A stretch of DNA of 64,000 nucleotides from an uncultured Planctomycetia bacterium (GTDB taxonomy: Bacteria > Omnitrophota > Gorgyraeia > Pluralincolimonadales > Pluralincolimonadaceae), in NCBI GenBank assembly GCA_964484255.1, contig CAZAEH010000004.1:2282-66281 (forward strand), in the 5' to 3' direction. The translations under genes and the position numbers were made by a program. The first letter of the stretch is position 1. Every line of letters starts with the position of its first letter. This document shows, piece by piece, positions 19,461 to 27,663 of this stretch. The notes beneath the pieces were generated by a model. That model had not been told where the DNA came from. It saw only the letters and a program-made list of their open reading frames with translations, and made no database searches.

Positions 19461-20210
19461 CTACTGTACGCGTATGAAATCCGTGAAAGTCCTCTTCTGG
19501 CTCCCGTCGCGGCTTTGTATAGTTATTGAAACCGCTACCGCATTGGGCAAACCATCCGGGACCTTCGCGTTATTCCCGTAGTCATAATTCTGGTTGGGAC
19601 TCCCGTCAAGGAGATCCAGGCCGGAATTCCATTCGCTTACCGTCGTTGTCGAAGACCCCCCGACGGAAGACTTATAATAATATGTGAACTGCAAGTCCGT
19701 AACATTGTGCGCTATGATATCATCGGAAAAAGTCCCTGAACTGTTGTTGGAAAAATCGTATACCACCGGGACCGTACTGCCATTGAAATATTCGAAATGC
19801 CTAATTAGGCAGTTATCGTCACGAAGCCAGTAACCTATTTCACACAGGTCCTGCATGCCGGGGTTATCTTCAACCGGGGCCACAAGGAACAATTCATCGG
19901 CGATAGAACCGGACTTTATTATATAGGTGCTGCCTTTGTCGTTACCCTGGAACTTTGTCCAATATCCAGTGTTATCCGATTTCTGGTAAAGCACGGCAGA
20001 GGGTATCTCTTTGCGCATAAGTTCCAGCGCGAACCTGCCGTTCTGGTATATATCCAGCAAGGTCTCGGATTTACGCCATGAGTCGAGGGCCCCCCTGAAG
20101 ACCGTAAATAGCGATAGAACAACTATAGAAAAAATGACGGAAACTACCAGTATTTCAACAAGGGTGAGCCCTGCCCTGCCGGCTCTTGAATGCCTACCTG
20201 TCCGCGACAT
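19461..20210 (-). CDS. GspJ-like minor pseudopilin
   Basis: 249 aa. Prepilin N-terminus AGLTLVEILVVSVIFSIV. Confidence 0.6.
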   Translation of the reverse strand: MSRTGRHSRAGRAGLTLVEILVVSVIFSIVVLSLFTVFRGALDSWRKSETLLDIYQNGRFALELMRKEIPSAVLYQKSDNTGYWTKFQGNDKGSTYIIKSGSIADELFLVAPVEDNPGMQDLCEIGYWLRDDNCLIRHFEYFNGSTVPVVYDFSNNSSGTFSDDIIAHNVTDLQFTYYYKSSVGGSSTTTVSEWNSGLDLLDGSPNQNYDYGNNAKVPDGLPNAVAVSITIQSRDGSQKRTFTDFIRVQ

Positions 20211-20547
20211 TTATGGTAAAACCTCTCTGAAAACCCTTATTGCCTTGCCCCCAGCCGACAGTGCAGATCACCTGCCTTAAATTATCCACGGAGGTGGTCG
20301 AGACCGTCTGGGTCCAGGTATATGCGGGGTCTGTGAATGTGCCTGAGGTGGTGCCGAGACTGGGAAAACCGCTGTTCCTTATCTGTTCAAAATGCTCGTG
20401 GGCGAATATCGTGGCCTGGGTAGCACTTACCGACCTTCGGGCGGAATCGAAACCTATCGGGAAAAGGGACAATATCCCCACAAGCCCTATCGCGAGGATA
20501 GAAAGAGAGATGATTATTTCGATGAGGGTAAATCCGCTCCTATTCAT
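20194..20547 (-). CDS. GspI-like minor pseudopilin
   Basis: 117 aa. MNRSGFTLIEIIISLSILAIGL. Confidence 0.6.
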   Translation of the reverse strand: MNRSGFTLIEIIISLSILAIGLVGILSLFPIGFDSARRSVSATQATIFAHEHFEQIRNSGFPSLGTTSGTFTDPAYTWTQTVSTTSVDNLRQVICTVGWGQGNKGFQRGFTINVADR

Positions 20548-20574
20548 GCTGCGCCCTCGCTTTTACCGGCCCGG

Positions 20575-21075
20575 CTATCTGGTCCAGTTCGTTACGTTGT
20601 CCGTGCCTCCGACCACCCTGTCCGGACCATACGAAATAATATCGACATAATAGCCGCCGTGTCCCGAAGTATCAGGATTAGTGTAAGTTAACGCCGTCCC
20701 CCACGCATCTATTATCGTATTACCTCCGGTAAGGTCACCGTCCTTGAACGTCATGTACGGCCCCGACCAGTTGGTGGTGGGAAGGGAATAAGAAGTTACG
20801 GTACCTATAGTATAGGTACCCGTATTGCTGACCAGGCAGTTGTAAAGGTTAGTGTTGCCGCTCGAGGGATAACCGCCGAGGTCAGCCTGGAACATCCCAA
20901 TGCCGGTCTCTATCGCGGCTATCATCGCTTTGGTGCGGGCTATCATCGCCTTCTGCCTTGCGGTCTGGGCGGCAGCCGCCACCAATCCCGCTAACAGCAA
21001 TATTATAGTCATGACGACCACGAGTTCTATTATGGTGAAACCTTTCTTCCTGTTCGCCCTAACCATATTAACCAC
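20575..21075 (-). CDS. gspG: GspG-like major pseudopilin
   Basis: 166 aa. KGFTIIELVVVMTIILLLAGL, then a GspG-like body (PYMTFKDG...DAWG). Confidence 0.7.
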   Translation of the reverse strand: MVNMVRANRKKGFTIIELVVVMTIILLLAGLVAAAAQTARQKAMIARTKAMIAAIETGIGMFQADLGGYPSSGNTNLYNCLVSNTGTYTIGTVTSYSLPTTNWSGPYMTFKDGDLTGGNTIIDAWGTALTYTNPDTSGHGGYYVDIISYGPDRVVGGTDNVTNWTR

Positions 21076-22333
21076 CTCCTAAAGCGGTTACGAGCTGGAA
21101 GAGCGGCATGAACATGGCTATTACTATGAAACCGACTATCATACCCAGCCCGATGATCAAGAACGGCTCGAGCAACGACATCAAGCCCGTTACCGTGACA
21201 TCTACTTCTTCATCATATACATCGGCAACCTTCAGCAGCATCTGGTCCAAGGCACCCGTCTCCTCCCCTACGGAGATCATGTTAACGGCCATCGCAGGGA
21301 AGAGCCCTGCCTTAAGCAAGGGCTTGGCTATCGTCTCTCCTTCCCTTACCGCATCATGAACCACCACTATAGAACGGGCCATCGCCTCATTGCCGGTAGT
21401 GTCCTTTGAGACCATAAGGGACTGCAGTATAGGAACACCGCTTGATAACAGTGTCCCGAGCGTCCTCGAGAAACGGGCAATGGCTATCTTCCTCAACAAC
21501 TGACCCATTACCGGTATCTCCAACTTACCCTTGTCGATCAGGAGCTTTGTCACGGGCAAACGATATAGGACATTCCATAGGACGATGAGCAATACTATCG
21601 AGCCTATACCGATATACCATTTGCTCCTTGCAAAATCGCTGACCACGAGCAGGACTTTGGTCATTACCGGCAGCTCCACGTCCATTTCTTTGAATATCTG
21701 CAAAAATTTGGGGACGATAAACGTTATAAGAAAACCCAGGACCGATAGAGCCATGGTAAGAACGAGGGCGGGATAGACCATGGCCGATTTTATCCTTCCC
21801 TCCAACCTTTGGGATTTTTCGGCAAACTCCGCAAGACGGGTAAGCACCACTTCGAGCACACCGCCGGCCTCGCCCGCTTTTACCGTATTTACATACAGAG
21901 GGGGGAACGCCTTGGGAAACTTCGAAAGCGCTTCGGAAAAGGAGCTGCCGCCTTCGACCTGCTCTGCAAGCCCGCGGATAGTAGTCTTCAATACCCCCGA
22001 CTTCTCCTGCCTTTCGAGGACATATAAGGCGCGGACAAGGGGCAGACCGGAACCTATAAGGGTAGCCAGCTGCCTGGTAAACACGGTTATCTGCTTGGCG
22101 CTGACACCTCCGAACGACAAACTTAAAACTGACTTCGCCGGCTTGGGGCCGCCGGGTATCTCCCTGCTCCTCAAGGGAGAACCGTTACCTTTATCCTTCT
22201 CTTCGTTGATACTTATGGGATAAAGGCCTTTCTGGCGCATCTGTTCCATGGCATCCTGGTTTCCGGAAGCCTCGAGCCTGCCCTTGCTCTCCTTGCCGTC
22301 CTTGTCTATAGCGACGTAATTGAAGATGGCCAT
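21068..22333 (-). CDS. gspF: Type II secretion / type IV pilus inner-membrane platform protein
   Basis: 421 aa. Two GspF repeats and three TM segments. Confidence 0.85.
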   Translation of the reverse strand: MAIFNYVAIDKDGKESKGRLEASGNQDAMEQMRQKGLYPISINEEKDKGNGSPLRSREIPGGPKPAKSVLSLSFGGVSAKQITVFTRQLATLIGSGLPLVRALYVLERQEKSGVLKTTIRGLAEQVEGGSSFSEALSKFPKAFPPLYVNTVKAGEAGGVLEVVLTRLAEFAEKSQRLEGRIKSAMVYPALVLTMALSVLGFLITFIVPKFLQIFKEMDVELPVMTKVLLVVSDFARSKWYIGIGSIVLLIVLWNVLYRLPVTKLLIDKGKLEIPVMGQLLRKIAIARFSRTLGTLLSSGVPILQSLMVSKDTTGNEAMARSIVVVHDAVREGETIAKPLLKAGLFPAMAVNMISVGEETGALDQMLLKVADVYDEEVDVTVTGLMSLLEPFLIIGLGMIVGFIVIAMFMPLFQLVTALGGG

Positions 22334-22403
22334 TAATTTTATCTCCCCCTTCTATATTATAAATATACCTTATACAAAGGTCTTTGTCAAAGGCTCAAAA
22401 AAA

Positions 22404-24137
22404 CTACATTACGGAAGATTGAGCCTCCTTTAGCACCTCTTCTGCGGTCGTGACCCCTGCGTTTACCTTTTCCAAGCCGTCGTCCAGGAGCGTCTTCATG
22501 CCGTTCTCAATAGCAGCTTTCCTTATAAGGGCTGTATGCGCCTTTTCTATTACGAGCTGCCTTATCTTTTCATTTAATACAAGGAGTTCATATATACCCG
22601 TCCTGCCTTTATAGCCCGAATTGTTGCATTTCACGCAACCCACGCCCCTGTAAAATTTCCTGTTCTTTGCTTCTTCGGGAGCCAGCCCCAGGTCGGATAT
22701 CAGTTCGGGTTCCGGAGTATACTCTTCCTTGCAGTTCTGGCATATCTTGCGCACGAGCCTCTGGGCAAGCACCGCTTCAAGCGTGGAAGTAACAAGGAAT
22801 GGCTCGATGCCCATATCGATCAACCTCGTGATCGTGCCTGCCGCGTCGTTGGTATGCAGCGTCGAGAAGACCAAATGTCCGGTAAGGGACGCCTGTATCG
22901 CTATCTGTGCGGTCTCGGCATCCCTTATCTCACCTACCATTATTATATCGGGGTCCTGCCTTAATATATGGCGAAGGGACGTGGCGAATGTAAGGCCTAT
23001 CTTGGCATTTATCGGGACCTGTATTACACCCTTAAGGTCGTACTCGACAGGATCCTCGGTAGTGATCACCTTATACTCTATCTTGTTTATCTCCCTCATA
23101 CATCCGTACAATGTAGTGGTCTTGCCGCAACCGGTCGGCCCGGTAGTAAGGAATATGCCGTTTGGCTTGATTATTATATTCCTTATCCTCTTCTTGGTTT
23201 CATCCAGCATTCCGACCTCATCTATAGAAAGGCTGACCGTCGTCCTGTCGAGGACCCTCATGACGATGCTCTCGCCGAATATCGTAGGCAAAGTAGAGAT
23301 ACGCAGGTCCACGCTCTTGCCTTCTATTGTGACCATGATACGTCCGTCCTGCGGAAGGCGGCGTTCGGCTATATCAAGGTTCGCCATGACCTTTATCCTG
23401 GATGACAGGCCAAGGCTCAAGTTCTTAGGAGGCCTGGCCACCTCATAAAGGACGCCGTCCACCCTGTACCTTATCCTGTAATCTTGTTCGAAAGGCTCGA
23501 AATGTATGTCTGATGCCTTCTCCCTGACCCCCTGGAGAAGTATCATATTAAGAAGCTTGATGACAGGGGCGCGTGAAGCAAGCTCCTGGAGTGTAGCTAT
23601 GTCATTTATCTCTTCCCCCTCAGGAACAAGCTCCATCTTCTCGCCAAAGACGCCGAGGACATCCTGTATCGTTTCGCCCTCGGAACCGTAATACCTTTGT
23701 ATCTGCTCTTTTATCTCCTCATCACTGGCAACCACACCCTTTATGTTCATTCCGAGGGTGAACCTCAGGTCGTCAAAAGCGGCTACATTTAGCGGGTCCG
23801 CTATGGCTATTGAAAGCTGGTTGCTTTCAACAGAAACAGGAAGTATGGTATATATCTTCGCAACGGAAGCCGGGACCTTGTCAATTACCTCCTTCGGGAT
23901 CTTCATGTCCTTGAGCCTGACCACAGAGAACCCGGACCGCGCCCCAAGCAGCTGCAGGATATCGTCTTCCTTGACAATGCCCATATCGACGAATATCCTT
24001 CCAAGAAGTTTGCCGGTAAGCTTTTGCTCTTCCAGCGCCTGCTCGAGCTGGCGTTCGTTTATCATCCCCTTCTCAAGGAGAAGCTGGCCTATCCGCTTGT
24101 ATTTTTCCTGTTTAGGTTGTTCTTTTTCGGCAGCCAT
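22404..24137 (-). CDS. gspE: GspE/PilB-family secretion ATPase with MshEN-type N-terminal domain
   Basis: Walker A GPTGCGKTT, Asp box, tetracysteine CQNC...CVKCNNSGY. N-terminal RIGQLLLEKGMINERQLEQALEEQ-KLTGK-LLGRIFVDMGIVKEDDILQLL matches the tandem 24-residue MshEN motif with a 5-residue spacer. Start set at Met7 (GGAG RBS upstream); the track ORF extends to 24155. Confidence 0.9.
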   Translation of the reverse strand: MAAEKEQPKQEKYKRIGQLLLEKGMINERQLEQALEEQKLTGKLLGRIFVDMGIVKEDDILQLLGARSGFSVVRLKDMKIPKEVIDKVPASVAKIYTILPVSVESNQLSIAIADPLNVAAFDDLRFTLGMNIKGVVASDEEIKEQIQRYYGSEGETIQDVLGVFGEKMELVPEGEEINDIATLQELASRAPVIKLLNMILLQGVREKASDIHFEPFEQDYRIRYRVDGVLYEVARPPKNLSLGLSSRIKVMANLDIAERRLPQDGRIMVTIEGKSVDLRISTLPTIFGESIVMRVLDRTTVSLSIDEVGMLDETKKRIRNIIIKPNGIFLTTGPTGCGKTTTLYGCMREINKIEYKVITTEDPVEYDLKGVIQVPINAKIGLTFATSLRHILRQDPDIIMVGEIRDAETAQIAIQASLTGHLVFSTLHTNDAAGTITRLIDMGIEPFLVTSTLEAVLAQRLVRKICQNCKEEYTPEPELISDLGLAPEEAKNRKFYRGVGCVKCNNSGYKGRTGIYELLVLNEKIRQLVIEKAHTALIRKAAIENGMKTLLDDGLEKVNAGVTTAEEVLKEAQSSVM

Positions 24138-24144
24138 GCTTACG

Positions 24145-25857
24145 CTACTCCTCATAGCCGTGCGTGATGCGCACGACCTCAGAAATTGTCGTTATGCCTT
24201 CCCTTACCTTATTAAGGCCGTCTTCCCTCAGGAGCTTCATGCCGTTGCGGCGCGCGGCTTCCCTTATCTCTTGCGAAGAAAGTCTCTTCACTATCATTTC
24301 GCGTATTTCGTCATTGTTGACCAGAAGCTCAAATATTCCGATCCTTCCCTTATACCCGGTATAATTACACATCTTGCATCCCTTGCCCCTGAACAGCTGC
24401 ATTCCTTCAACGGCTTTTGGATCGGCTGATTTTTGCCCGAGGACATATAACTCTTCATATGAAGGTTTATACGGCTCCTTGCAGTTCTGGCATATCTTGC
24501 GCACAAGCCTCTGGGCCATTACCGCCTGGACCGTAGAACTGACGAGATATGACTTGACACCCATATCTATTAGTCGGGTAAATGCGCCGGCGGCATCGTT
24601 GGTATGCAGAGTACTGAACAGCAGATGTCCCGTAAGGGCGGCTTGTATGGCTATAGATGCGGTCTCAAAATCGCGGATCTCGCCGACCATTATTACATCG
24701 GGCGCCTGCCTGAGCATAGTCCTCAAGCCCGAGGCAAAGGTAAGGCCTATCGAAGGCCGTACATGGACCTGGTTTATACCCGATATCTGGTACTCGACCG
24801 GGTCCTCTACCGTTATGAGTTTTTTGTTGGGTTTATTTATATAGCTAAGGGCCGCGTAAAGAGTCGTCGTCTTTCCGCTTCCGGTAGGGCCCGTAATAAG
24901 CAACATGCCGTACGGCAGGTGTATAAGCTTCTCGAAAGTCTCGGCATCCTCATGGAGGAATCCGAGTTCAGCGAGGCCAAGCATAAAACTGGATTTGTCG
25001 AGGATCCTCATGACCACGCTCTCACCATATATAGCCGGAAGTGTAGAGACGCGCAGGTCAAGGTCCTTGCCCATGCCTTGTATCCTGATCCTGCCGTCCT
25101 GCGGAAGGCGCTTCTCGGCTATATTCATGCCCGCCATGATCTTAAGGCGGCTCAATATGGAAGGTTGCAGCTGTTTTGGGGGGCCGGGAACTTCATGCAA
25201 GACGCCGTCTATCCTGTACCTTACGCGGAACTTGTCTTCAAGCGGCTCAACATGTATGTCGGAAGCGCGGTTCTTTACGGCTTCGGATATTATCTGGGTA
25301 ACAAGCTTTATTATGGGTGCCTCGTCTTTTTCCTCTTCTTTCACGACTTCAGCCGCGACACCTTTAAAAGACACCGTCGCGTTATCATTCTGTTTCTGCG
25401 CAACGGCATCCAGTATGTTCTTGCTTCCTCCATAATGTTTCTCAAGCGCTATATTTATGTTCGACTCGGAGCTAAGCACAAAATCAAGCTTCGAACCTGT
25501 AAACGTTTCAAGGTTATCCTGTGCCAGAAGGTTAATGGGGTCATCCGTCGCAACGGTCAGGATATCATTCTCGAATTTTATGGGAACTAACTTGTGGCGG
25601 TATGCTAATGCCGGTTTTACCTTGGAAAGGATATCGAAGGGGATCTCCATATCAAATATAGGGGTGCGCACAAGGGAGAATTCCTGGATTATAAGGTCCC
25701 TGAGCTGTTCGGTCTGGAGGAACCCTATACCGTTGAGGATATCGGAAAGGCGGTTTCCGGAATCAAGCTGCGATTTTAGGACACTCCTTAATTGGGATTC
25801 GTCAAGTATCCCTATCGACTTGAGGTATTCGCCTATAAGCCTGCTTCTATTGATCAA
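24145..25857 (-). CDS. Second tandem GspE/PilB-family ATPase (TTG start as called by the track)
   Basis: 570 aa. GPTGSGKTT, CQNCKEPY...CKMCNYTGY. N-terminal LIGEYLKSIGILDESQLRSVLKSQ-LDSGN-RLSDILNGIGFLQTEQLRDLI is MshEN-like. Confidence 0.9.
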   Translation of the reverse strand: MINRSRLIGEYLKSIGILDESQLRSVLKSQLDSGNRLSDILNGIGFLQTEQLRDLIIQEFSLVRTPIFDMEIPFDILSKVKPALAYRHKLVPIKFENDILTVATDDPINLLAQDNLETFTGSKLDFVLSSESNINIALEKHYGGSKNILDAVAQKQNDNATVSFKGVAAEVVKEEEKDEAPIIKLVTQIISEAVKNRASDIHVEPLEDKFRVRYRIDGVLHEVPGPPKQLQPSILSRLKIMAGMNIAEKRLPQDGRIRIQGMGKDLDLRVSTLPAIYGESVVMRILDKSSFMLGLAELGFLHEDAETFEKLIHLPYGMLLITGPTGSGKTTTLYAALSYINKPNKKLITVEDPVEYQISGINQVHVRPSIGLTFASGLRTMLRQAPDVIMVGEIRDFETASIAIQAALTGHLLFSTLHTNDAAGAFTRLIDMGVKSYLVSSTVQAVMAQRLVRKICQNCKEPYKPSYEELYVLGQKSADPKAVEGMQLFRGKGCKMCNYTGYKGRIGIFELLVNNDEIREMIVKRLSSQEIREAARRNGMKLLREDGLNKVREGITTISEVVRITHGYEE

Positions 25858-25967
25858 AGCCCGACTTTCTCCCCCTTATATTTCACGAGCGCCGCGGCCG
25901 CTGCGCAATCACCATGTTCCGGAGAAACTTTGTTCACCTTGTCCTCAGGCAACCCAAGCTTTACCCT

Positions 25968-25996
25968 TATATTACCACATTTTGTATTTACTTCAA
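25968..25996 (-). promoter_or_regulatory. Candidate sigma70-type promoter for the locus A operon
   Basis: Minus-strand TTGAAG (25996..25991), 17-nt spacer, TAATAT (25973..25968), about 110 nt upstream of the gspE TTG start. RBS AAGGGGGAG lies before the start. Confidence 0.3.
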
Positions 25997-26029
25997 CTAT
26001 TTTACGGTCGGATGCCAACCTTTCGATAC

Positions 26030-26425
26030 CTATTTCCTGGTAATAATAAAAACCGTCAAAAGCACTATCAGGATAAAGACAAGAATATAGAAATCGTTCA
26101 GGTAAACGAAATCCCTGACTTTATCAAAAAGCGAATACCTTTGCCTGCTTTGGGGTTCACTCGGAGGGGATAGATGATAGATGGGGACAGACTGGTGTTT
26201 TAGCACCTTTAGGCGGCTCTTAAGGGCCTCGACCTGTCCCTTCCTGAGCCTTATGAACTCCCCTCCTATCCTGTAGGCCGGGATCTTGCCTTCGGCCACG
26301 AAAGACCTGACATCCCCCTCGTCCAACTCGAGTATGCTTGCAGCTTCCTCGATAGTTATAAGCCTTTCGCGGTCGCTTTTCCCGTCCGGGACTCTATTTA
26401 ATTCTCTCCGAGCTGATCCATTCAT
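26030..26425 (-). CDS. Excisionase-family HTH (HTH_17) protein with C-terminal transmembrane anchor
   Basis: 131 aa. LITIEEAASILELDEGDVRSFVAEGKIPAYRIGGEFIRLRKGQVEAL; C-terminal hydrophobic segment FYILVFILIVLLTVFII. Confidence 0.5.
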   Translation of the reverse strand: MNGSARRELNRVPDGKSDRERLITIEEAASILELDEGDVRSFVAEGKIPAYRIGGEFIRLRKGQVEALKSRLKVLKHQSVPIYHLSPPSEPQSRQRYSLFDKVRDFVYLNDFYILVFILIVLLTVFIITRK

Positions 26426-26933
26426 CTATTTTAGCTTTGTCAAAATGAAGTTTATCGCCTTCCCTGATGGACGGCAGTTTTCCGTTAGATGTCCAATCCG
26501 ATACGACGGAGATATCCACTTCCAGATACCTGGCAACCTCATCTATATCCATCAACTGCGCTCCGGATTGGGAAACGCTTTTTATCCCGGAGGTCATCTG
26601 GCAGTTCCCGTTCAAGACAGAACCCTTGCCCACCTCAAGCAGGGGAGTGCGTATATTGCCGTCCACCCTGGCGGGTGAAATAAGCTTCAGGGATTTCTTC
26701 GCGACAACCTCGCCTGTTACCCGGCCGGCTATAGTAATCTCGTCGCCGGTTATGTTGGCGTTGACGAAAGCCTTCTCGCCTATGGTCAAAGTCCCCTTTG
26801 TGTCCAGGGTACCTTCGAACCTGCCGTTTATCTGCAGGTTCACGGGATCTTTGAACGACATGGTGCCTTGCATGCTGGCGTCTACGTCCAATACCTTCTC
26901 TTCAACCTTCTTGTTCTTGCCTATCATCGCCAA
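26394..26933 (-). CDS. Bactofilin (DUF583)-domain protein fused to a C-terminal excisionase-family HTH
   Basis: 179 aa. Bactofilin beta-helical repeats INGRFEGTLDTKGTLTIGEKAFVNANITGDEITIAGRVTGEVVAKKSLKLISPARVDGNIRT..GKGSVLNGNCQM. C-terminal MDIDEVARYLEVDISVVSDWTSNGKLPSIREGDKLHFDKAKIDEWI. Confidence 0.6.
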   Translation of the reverse strand: MAMIGKNKKVEEKVLDVDASMQGTMSFKDPVNLQINGRFEGTLDTKGTLTIGEKAFVNANITGDEITIAGRVTGEVVAKKSLKLISPARVDGNIRTPLLEVGKGSVLNGNCQMTSGIKSVSQSGAQLMDIDEVARYLEVDISVVSDWTSNGKLPSIREGDKLHFDKAKIDEWISSERIK

Positions 26934-26962
26934 GCACCCCCTTTCCTTTATCGGATATATTT

Positions 26963-27643
26963 TCAGATATCCGACATCACCTTCCAGTCCGCCCTTGCCA
27001 CGCCCTTGAGTTGGCGTATCTTGGAGATTATCTCATTGTCATATTCGTTGCTTAAAAGCTTGAGGTTTATCCTTAGGACCATGCCCTCGCAGCCCTGCAT
27101 TCTTTTAGCGTCGAAATCCTTTATCTCAATATCATATTCTGAAAGTACGTCGCGTATCTCCTCCAACTGGACAACCCCGCTCGGTACCTCTATCTCGAGC
27201 GATTTATACCAATCCTTGCGAATCATTATCTTTTCCACCCTGTTGAGAAAGAAGAGAGTGGCAAGCACTATGGCTGTAGCGGCGGCCGCAGGAGCAAAAA
27301 CACCGGCGCCGACTGCAAGGCCTATGCCGGCCACGGTCCAAAGGCTTGCGGCGGTCGTAAGCCCTCTTACCGATGCCTTGAACCTGATTATGGTACCGGC
27401 ACCCAGAAAACCTATACCGCTTACCACCTGCGCGGCGATCCTGCCCGGATCGGGTGTAGAAAGTCCCCTGTATATATCGAATATATGCATGGATGTCAGC
27501 ATTATAAGGGTAGAGCCCACGCCTACGAGTATATGGGTCCTGAAACCCGCAAGTCTGCCGTGTATCTCGCGCTCATATCCCACCAACCCGCTCAGAAAAG
27601 CGGCAAGACATAACCGTATTATCATCTCGTAATCGGAAAGCAT
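26963..27643 (-). CDS. mgtC: MgtC/SapB family membrane protein
   Basis: 226 aa. GYEREIHGRLAGFRTHILVGVGSTL signature. Confidence 0.8.
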   Translation of the reverse strand: MLSDYEMIIRLCLAAFLSGLVGYEREIHGRLAGFRTHILVGVGSTLIMLTSMHIFDIYRGLSTPDPGRIAAQVVSGIGFLGAGTIIRFKASVRGLTTAASLWTVAGIGLAVGAGVFAPAAAATAIVLATLFFLNRVEKIMIRKDWYKSLEIEVPSGVVQLEEIRDVLSEYDIEIKDFDAKRMQGCEGMVLRINLKLLSNEYDNEIISKIRQLKGVARADWKVMSDI

Positions 27644-27663
27644 CGTCTCTTCTCCTATCCTGT

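Noticed and set aside
22334-22403. Possible hairpin between gspF and the upstream ATPase (ggctcaa...ttgagcc).
   Set aside because: It is only a 7-bp stem with a 22-nt loop and no U-tract, so it is unlikely to be functional.
24604-25590. Long plus-strand ORF (328 aa) antisense to the ATPase gene. Similar antisense ORFs occur in all four ATPase genes (22729..23448, 22968..23405, 61283..61663, 61831..62205, 63155..63466).
   Set aside because: They recur with similar peptide sequences opposite every paralogous ATPase. That is expected for shadow ORFs generated by conserved sense-strand codons. They have no RBS or promoter context and fully overlap well-supported genes.
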